Source: an uncultured Actinomycetes bacterium (lineage in GTDB: Bacteria; Actinomycetota; Thermoleophilia; UBA2241). From it: DNA of 64,000 nt. The stretch is taken from assembly GCA_963755025.1 (NCBI GenBank), contig CAVWIH010000024.1, forward strand, positions 15,502-79,501, in the 5' to 3' direction. The translations under genes and the position numbers were made by a program. A model generated the notes under the pieces. It saw nothing but the letters and a program-made list of their open reading frames with translations, was not told where the DNA came from and did not search any database. Position 1 is the first letter of the stretch, and each line of letters begins with the position of its first letter. Of this stretch, positions 58,026-64,000 are shown in pieces.

Positions 58026-59027
58026 GTGCGACCTGATCCTGAGAGGTTCCACAACAAGTGGCGTGACGTAGAGGTCGCTGTGTACGCCGCACGCCGTGAG
58101 GCGCCGCAGCATTTCGAATACGGCCGGGAACTCCTGCCCGATCTGCCCGGCGTGCGTCTGGTGCGCTGCGAGGTTAACGGGCAACCCATCGTGTTCTCGC
58201 TGTGGAGCCTGCCGGCAGAGGTCGCCGAGATCTGCGGCGACGCTGCCGGTGCGGCAGCCGGCCTGCTTGCCATCGACAAGACACAGGTCGCCGAGCTCAG
58301 GCACGAGGGCGTCTTTGTCGACCTTGGTCACCTCCAAAGCAGCGGCTGGAGGCTCGGCCCGTACTACGTGCTCTTCGATAAGGTGAGCGCGGAGCGGAAC
58401 CATCGCGTGCTGCACATGGTCGTGCGGTATCTCGAGCCCCGATTGATCCGGATGCTGCCTGCCTTGAGCGTCAAGGGGGACGGCATTTCGCGCGGAGCGC
58501 AGAGGCAAGCGTACAGAGTGGTTGACCCCCGCCACGATCGTGGTTTGCCCCTTCGCCGCAACGGTTACCGCCTCTGGCCGAAGCGGTACATGCCCCTCCG
58601 CCTCGCACGACAAAGCAGGAGGGTCTTGAGGATGCTCAGCCGCGCCAACTTGGCCGTGTCCGCCAGCAGGGTCCTGGTATGCGACGACACAGCGCCCCGC
58701 AGCCATGGGACCGGCAGGGTGTGCACCGCGGAGGGCTGCACGACCGTGCTGTCGCGCTATAACCCAAGCCCACTGTGCTGTCTGCACAGCCAAGGCTGGG
58801 TGGGCCCCGACGAGCTAGTCCCGCCGCGGCGCCACCAACGCCCCCGCCCCGTGCTTGTCGGGAACTGTCTGAACCCCCGCTGCCAAGCGGAGTTCGTGAC
58901 GACCAACCCCAGCAAGAAGTATTGCTCGGACCGCTGTCGCATGCAGGCTTTTCAGATTCGCGTGGCCGTCGAGAGGACTGCCCGCGCCCATGACCTGATC
59001 GAGCAGGATGGCGGCATGGCCGCCTAG
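58026..59027 (+). CDS. Hypothetical protein with two C-terminal Cys/His metal-binding motifs
   Basis: GRVCTAEGCTTVLSRYN..CCLH and CLNPRC..F..YCSDRCR; GGAG RBS. Confidence 0.6.
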   Translation: MRPDPERFHNKWRDVEVAVYAARREAPQHFEYGRELLPDLPGVRLVRCEVNGQPIVFSLWSLPAEVAEICGDAAGAAAGLLAIDKTQVAELRHEGVFVDLGHLQSSGWRLGPYYVLFDKVSAERNHRVLHMVVRYLEPRLIRMLPALSVKGDGISRGAQRQAYRVVDPRHDRGLPLRRNGYRLWPKRYMPLRLARQSRRVLRMLSRANLAVSASRVLVCDDTAPRSHGTGRVCTAEGCTTVLSRYNPSPLCCLHSQGWVGPDELVPPRRHQRPRPVLVGNCLNPRCQAEFVTTNPSKKYCSDRCRMQAFQIRVAVERTARAHDLIEQDGGMAA

Positions 59028-59062
59028 CCGGAAGCCAAACGAGATACTCGGTCGGGCAGTAC

Positions 59063-59392
59063 ATGAGTGAGGCCCCGCGGTTGACCCTCAGCTTCCTCGA
59101 CACGACGCCTGGTCGGTCGCCGCGCCTCTTTGTGCGGACCGTCGCGCTCGGAGGCACGGGCCTGCCTCAGCTGTTGCTCACCTTCGCCTTCACCGACCCC
59201 TACGAACGCCAGGAAGCAGGCGAGGTCTGGTCGGCTGAGCGCCACCTCCCACTGGCGCCGCTGGGGAGCTGGGCGCGCTATAGCGACGAGCTTGCCCTGG
59301 CGAAGGCGATCGTCGCCGATCTGGGCTGGACGCTCAGCGAGGAGGAGCGGGCGCTGCTTGTCTCGCTTGAGGCGCAGGCGTCCGCCGAATAG
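59063..59392 (+). CDS. Hypothetical protein
   Basis: 109-aa ORF directly downstream on the same strand. Confidence 0.5.
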   Translation: MSEAPRLTLSFLDTTPGRSPRLFVRTVALGGTGLPQLLLTFAFTDPYERQEAGEVWSAERHLPLAPLGSWARYSDELALAKAIVADLGWTLSEEERALLVSLEAQASAE

Positions 59393-59515
59393 CCCGACAG
59401 GCTCAGCTCATTTGCACCGACACCATCGGTGGGACACCGCTCCGCGGACGACTTGCTGTGCAACTTCGGAAGCCTTACCTACTGCTGAAACGTAGTCTTT
59501 GAGACTGCGGGCCGC

Positions 59516-59640
59516 TCACCGAGCGATCAACGCCGCCGCTTGTTCCGGCATGGACCGGATGGCGTGCGAGCAGATGTCGAGTGTGATCGGATGGCGGAGT
59601 CGCCGCCGCACATGACCGCCGGCGTGGTAGCATCTCCGAC
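59516..59640 (-). pseudogene. Degenerate tyrosine integrase C-terminal relic
   Basis: PITLDICSHAIRSMPEQAAALIAR*; 54/65 nt identical to the relic at 60673-60737. Confidence 0.6.
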
Positions 59641-59699
59641 GATCACGCGCACCCATCGGCCACGGTCGGCGTCCTCGCGCGCCACGGGGGGCAGCAGTC

Positions 59700-60632
59700 G
59701 TGAGAATCAGCTTCTTCTGCGGTGAGGCGCTCGAATCGCTGCGCCGCAACTGGGTCATGACCGTCGCGAGCGTCCTCACGGTGCTTGTCACGATGGCCAT
59801 CCTGGGTCTGGTGCTGGTCACCGACAAGAACCTGCACCAGGGCACGACGAGCCTCACCAGCCGGGTGGAGATCGACGTCTTTGTCAGAGGTACGCCCCCG
59901 CTGCAGAGCTCGATCGACGCCCTCGATGCCAAGATCGGCGCGCTGCAGCAGCAGGGTGTCGTGAAGCATTTCAGCTACGTCACGCAAGACCAGGCGCTGC
60001 AGGACCTCAAAGACGAGCTCGGCTCCAACGACCAGGACATCGTCGCCACCCTGCCGACCAACCCGCTGCCCGCCTCCTACAAGATCTTCGTGCGCGACCC
60101 CAACCAGGTCGATCAGGTGGCGGCCCAGTTCTTCCACGACCCCGACGTCGACAACGACCCCGGCACGACCGACGGCGTGAGCTACGCCAAAGCGACGGTG
60201 CGCAGCCTGCTGGGCACGGTCAGTCTGGTCGAGAAGGCGATGTGGGCCGTGACCGTGCTCTTTGCCTTGGCTGCGATCCTGCTCACCTCGACCACCGTGC
60301 GTCTGTCGATCTTCGCCCGCCGCCGCGAGATCGAGATCATGCAGCTGGTCGGGGCGACCGACTGGTTCATCCGCTGGCCGTTCGCACTCGAGGGGTTCAT
60401 CACCGGCCTGATCGGTTCGCTGATCGCCGCGCTGGCCGTGTGGGGCGCCAACTGGGCGGTCGACGACTGGATCCACCAGGCAAAGCTCGACTTCCTGAGC
60501 CCGGTCCGCTACCCGCTCTTCGCACAGGCCGGTTCCTGGCCGCTGGGGCTGCTTCCCACGCTGGTGCTCTGCGGCGCCGTGCTGGGGGCGCTGGGCAGCG
60601 CGCTGGCACTGCGTCGCTACCTGCACGTCTGA
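59700..60632 (+). CDS. ftsX: Permease-like cell division protein FtsX (no adjacent ftsE)
   Basis: EALESLRRNWVMTVAS, NPLPAS, VRLSIFARRREIEIMQLVGATDWFIRWPF.LEG. Confidence 0.92.
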   Translation: MRISFFCGEALESLRRNWVMTVASVLTVLVTMAILGLVLVTDKNLHQGTTSLTSRVEIDVFVRGTPPLQSSIDALDAKIGALQQQGVVKHFSYVTQDQALQDLKDELGSNDQDIVATLPTNPLPASYKIFVRDPNQVDQVAAQFFHDPDVDNDPGTTDGVSYAKATVRSLLGTVSLVEKAMWAVTVLFALAAILLTSTTVRLSIFARRREIEIMQLVGATDWFIRWPFALEGFITGLIGSLIAALAVWGANWAVDDWIHQAKLDFLSPVRYPLFAQAGSWPLGLLPTLVLCGAVLGALGSALALRRYLHV

Positions 60633-60649
60633 GGGGCGCTCGCGGGGCT

Positions 60650-60800
60650 CCTCCGCCGCGAACACCAGCCCCGCGATCAGCGCCGCCGCTTCTTCCTGCA
60701 TCGCCGGGATGGCATGCGAGTAGGTGTCCAGCGTGATTGCGACCGTGGCGTGGCAGTGGCACTCCGAGACAACCCCGGAGTGGATACCAACGCACAGGGC
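60650..60800 (-). pseudogene. Tyrosine integrase C-terminal relic
   Basis: GIHSGVVSECHCHATVAITLDTYSHAIPAMQEEAA resembles GVHPKVVSERLGH..ITLDTYSH, with the catalytic Tyr retained. Confidence 0.7.
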
Positions 60801-61371
60801 CAACGGGGCCTGGGTGTGACCGCAGCCGGAGGTGGCGCGTTTGCCGCCGGCCGGCCCCTGTGCTAGCCTGCCGCTTCGCTGGGGCTGCGCATCGCAGTCG
60901 GCACCAGCTGGAGCCAAGTGCTGACATCAGCGATGCGAAGACCGCCCCGAAAAGGAGGCAGCGGCGTGGTTCGTAGCTATCTGCGTCCGGCATTGATGTT
61001 GATCGCTCTGGCCGCACTCGCGGGGTTCTTGGCCATCCCCGCCACGGCCGCCGCAGGCTCGTCGATCTCGGCCGCAAAGCACCAGGTCGGCGATCTCCAG
61101 CTGCAGATCGACTCACTGAACGCCAAGCTGGCCCAAGTCGCCGCTCAGTACGACACTGCGACTTCAAGCTATGCGCGGGTGAAGGCGCAGATGGCCGACA
61201 ACCGCCATCAGCTGCTCGTCACAGCCTATGGCCTGGCCCTGGCGCATCAGCATCTCTCGCAGGCCGTGGTGTCGACCTACAAAAGCGGCGGCGTCAACAC
61301 ACTCGACTTCCTGCTCTCGGCGAGCAGCTTCCAGCAACTCGTCAGCCAGATAAAGGCCGCCAGTGCCCTAG

Positions 61372-62724
61372 CAGGCTGCTGAACAAGCGCGCCCTCCGGA
61401 GAGTGTCGTGCAGCCAGGAGCCGTGGCGAGACGGATGAGGTGGTTTCTGGAGCTGTCGAGCCCCGCAAGGCAGCCCCTTTGGGAGCCCTTCCGGGCCTCT
61501 GGCCCTACCTCAGAGCCGGCTCCGCCAGCAACCGCCGCAAGCGCACCAGGTTGTAGGCCGCGCAGGCGAAGGTGAAGATGGCCGAGACCCTGGCCGCGCC
61601 GCGGTGGCGCAGCTTGCGCAGGCCGCCGACCGTCTTCATCCAGCCGAAGGGCTCCTCGACGAGCTTGCGTCGACGCTGGCTTGTGGCGTAGCCGGCGTGG
61701 CGGGTGGTGCGGCCGTCGACGGCGCTGAAGCGGTCCTTGGCGGCCACGTGCGGGGTGATGTGCAGCTCGCGAGCCCGGGCGACGAAGCCGGCCGTGTCGT
61801 AGCCGCGGTCGGCGCCTACGCTCAGGCGAGCGCGGCCGGAGCGGCGCCGCTGACGGGCGAGCAGCCGCAGGCCGGCCTCACGCTCGCAGCTGCCGGTGGC
61901 CGCAGTCAGCTCGCAGTCGACGATCAGGCCGTGGCGGTTCTCGGTGAGGCTGTGGCCGGCGTAGCAGAGACGCGCCTCCTTGCCGCGTCCCTTCTTGGCC
62001 AGGCGTGAGTCGGGGTCGGTCGTCGAGCGGTGCGTCTCGTTGCCGCGCTTCTCGCCGTGGAAGTCGACGCTGCGGTTGCGCCCGCCGCCGCCGGCCGGCG
62101 GCTCCCCATCTTCACCCTCCTCGCGGGGCCGCAGGCTCTTCAAGGAGGCGGCCGCCTCAAGGAGCGTGCCGTCCACGGAGAAGTGCTCGCGGGAGAGCAG
62201 CTTGCGCGAGGCGGCCTGGCAGCGCACGGCAGAGAAGAAGGCCTCGGCGACCTCCCTCGTGAGCAGGCGGTCGCGGTTCTTGGTGAAGGTCGTCGGATGC
62301 CAGACCGGCTCGTCGAAGGGCAGGCCCACGAACCAGCGCAGCAGGAGGTTATAGCGCAGCTGTTCGACCAGGCGGCGCTCGGAGGGGATGGCGTAGAGGA
62401 TCTGGGCAAGCTGGGCGCGCAGCAGGTACTCGGGGGCGATCGAGGGGCGACCGCGCTCGGCGTAGAGAGTCTCGAGCTCGGGACTCATCTGCCCAAGGGC
62501 GACGTCGACCAGGGCGCGGATGGCGCGCAGGGGATGATCGTCGGGCACCACGTCCTCGAGCGTGGTCATGACGATGAACCCCGCCTGCCGCTCCTCGTCA
62601 CCGCGCATCCTGAGCCCCTCCCCGTCGCCTGCCTGGCCGCACACTAGCAGGTTCGCGAGGCGGCGAGGGTCATCCTCCGGAAGGCTCTCGGAGAGCTTGA
62701 GGCGAGGCGATCTTCAGCAGCCTG
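61372..62724 (-). mobile_element. IS5-family element, copy 2 (1353 bp), CTAG target duplication
   Basis: Reverse complement of 47376-48728; CTAG at 61368 and 62725. Confidence 0.95.
61505..62608 (-). CDS. IS5-family DDE transposase
   Basis: Protein sequence identical to 47492-48595 in the ORF track. Confidence 0.93.
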   Translation of the reverse strand: MRGDEERQAGFIVMTTLEDVVPDDHPLRAIRALVDVALGQMSPELETLYAERGRPSIAPEYLLRAQLAQILYAIPSERRLVEQLRYNLLLRWFVGLPFDEPVWHPTTFTKNRDRLLTREVAEAFFSAVRCQAASRKLLSREHFSVDGTLLEAAASLKSLRPREEGEDGEPPAGGGGRNRSVDFHGEKRGNETHRSTTDPDSRLAKKGRGKEARLCYAGHSLTENRHGLIVDCELTAATGSCEREAGLRLLARQRRRSGRARLSVGADRGYDTAGFVARARELHITPHVAAKDRFSAVDGRTTRHAGYATSQRRRKLVEEPFGWMKTVGGLRKLRHRGAARVSAIFTFACAAYNLVRLRRLLAEPALR

Positions 62725-62972
62725 CTAGGCGGTCAGGATGCTTCGGCGGTCGTTCAGGTGCAGCAGCTGCAGCGCCAGATTGGGCAGCGGCACAGCCAGC
62801 TGGTCGCCGAGCAGCTCCAGGTCGAGGGTCTGCTCGGCGAGATCTCCCATCAGCGCGGCGAGATCTCGGCTGCGCTGCAGCAGGGCCAGCCTGCTGCGCG
62901 GAGCACAGACCAGGCTGCAGCGGCTGGTGACACAGATGAAGGCAGTACTACTCGGGGATAGGACAGGCTAGC

Positions 62973-64000
62973 TGTTCTGCATCACAAGGTTGTTGACCTG
63001 AGCCTGCCCAACGGTGTGTCGCCGTCCAGGCCGCCATGCGGTCGGTAGCCATTGTAGTAGGTGAGGAAGCCGGGCAGTGCGGCGATCCGTTCCGCGGTCG
63101 AGTCGTAGGGTCGTTTGTAGGCCCAGCCGTTCTGGACGATCTTCACGAAAGCCTCGGCCTTGCCGTTCGTCTGCGGCCGGTAGGGCCGCGTGCGCCAGTG
63201 CTGCAGACCGTGGGCGCGAACGACGGCGCCGAAGGCTTGCCAACGGTAGGGATTGCCGTTGTCGGTGAGCAGGCGCCGTACCTCAATCCCGGTAGCGCTG
63301 AAGAAGTCGAGGGCGCGCGCCAGGAAGGCGGCCACCGTCTCGGTGCGCTCATCGGCGAGTTCCTCGGCGTAGGCCAGCCGGGTGGCGTCGTCGACGGCCA
63401 CGTGGACGTGGTCCCAGCCGATGCCCTGGTAGCGTCCCGGAGGTCCGCCGAAGCGCTTGCCGCCGCCCTTGCCGATGCGCCCGAGGCGCTTGGTGTCGAG
63501 GTGGACCAGGTCTCCGGCGTGCGGCCAGCAGTAGCGTACGACCGGCTCGCGCGGCTCAAGAAGGCGCAGGCGGTGCAGACGGTGACGGCGCAGCGTGCGG
63601 TAGACGGTCGCCGGGGCGAGGCGGGTCCGCCAGGCGATCCAGGCCGGGCCGCGGCGCTTGCGCAGGCGCAGCAGCACAACCCGGCGCAGCAGCTCACCGA
63701 CCACGCGCAAGGCGATGCGCAGCGGCCGTGAGGAGCGATCGCAGAGCCCGCTCGTGCCTTCACAACGCCAGCGGGCGAGCCACTTGCTCGCCGTCTGGCG
63801 GCTGATGCCGGCGGCAGAGGCGGCCTCACAGACCCGCCAGCCCTGGGCCTCGATGCGCCGGCAGAGCAGCAGACGGCCGTGCGGGGTCAGTCGCGCGTTA
63901 CGATGAGCCATTGAGGGCCCTCCTTCTCGGTTATGGCTTGGACACCACAAACCGATGAAGGGCGGGCCCTCACATGTCAACAACGTGATGAATCAGAACA
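62973..64000 (-). mobile_element. IS481-family element (~1028 bp)
   Basis: Imperfect TGT..ACA IRs: TGTTCTG..GTTGTTGAC / GTCAACAAC..CAGAACA, ending at the window end. Confidence 0.88.
62982..63911 (-). CDS. IS481-family transposase
   Basis: MAHRNARLTP, GDLVHLDTK, VDDATR, LTDNG, PQTNGKAE, YNGYRPH. Confidence 0.93.
   Translation of the reverse strand: MAHRNARLTPHGRLLLCRRIEAQGWRVCEAASAAGISRQTASKWLARWRCEGTSGLCDRSSRPLRIALRVVGELLRRVVLLRLRKRRGPAWIAWRTRLAPATVYRTLRRHRLHRLRLLEPREPVVRYCWPHAGDLVHLDTKRLGRIGKGGGKRFGGPPGRYQGIGWDHVHVAVDDATRLAYAEELADERTETVAAFLARALDFFSATGIEVRRLLTDNGNPYRWQAFGAVVRAHGLQHWRTRPYRPQTNGKAEAFVKIVQNGWAYKRPYDSTAERIAALPGFLTYYNGYRPHGGLDGDTPLGRLRSTTL

Larger units (their letters stand above)
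60966..62944 (+). pseudogene. Secreted coiled-coil (PcsB/CwlO-type) protein N-terminus interrupted by IS5 and truncated
   Basis: AAAGGAGG RBS, signal peptide, YKSGGVNTLDFLLSASSFQQLV; frame resumes exactly after the CTAG at 62725. Confidence 0.75.

Noticed and set aside
59643-60917. 424-aa minus-strand ORF as an intact integrase
   Set aside because: Only about 45 aa resemble an integrase tail; the rest is antisense to ftsX.

Overview
Very high-GC bacterial chromosomal window; gene content suggests an Actinomycetota, probably Thermoleophilia-like, anaerobe or microaerophile (inference). Bases 1-46.6 kb are core and metabolic. They carry six pyrrolysine-free MttB-family corrinoid methyltransferase genes (one 5'-partial, one broken by an inversion junction), a HAL-family lyase lacking the MIO tripeptide, glutamate decarboxylase, ferritin, OsmC, YchF, an ACT/UPF0210 pair, an IS982 element, rlmN, galT, a PAS-GGDEF cyclase with a DUF4388/MshEN-like partner, rpmH-rnpA-yidD-yidC-jag without adjacent dnaA, nfo followed by three DUF2007-like genes, and class II FBA. 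Bases 46.7-64 kb are an accessory region: two near-identical inverted IS5 copies (CTAG target), two IS481 elements, envelope/glycosylation cargo, a tRNA-like 3' fragment, an orphan ftsX flanked by two tyrosine-integrase tail relics, and a split peptidoglycan-hydrolase-like gene. Best novelty candidates: (i) a regulator fusing an IS1595-transposase-like Zn-ribbon/HTH to a BetI-type TetR, divergent from an MttB-MmgE/PrpD-SBP operon across two kinds of symmetric sites; (ii) an MttB/Fe-S/MIO-less lyase operon suggesting betaine catabolism; (iii) the integrase-tail-bounded ftsX and the permuted hydrolase. Several single-base frameshifts may be sequencing errors. All family calls are from motif recognition by eye; no searches were run.
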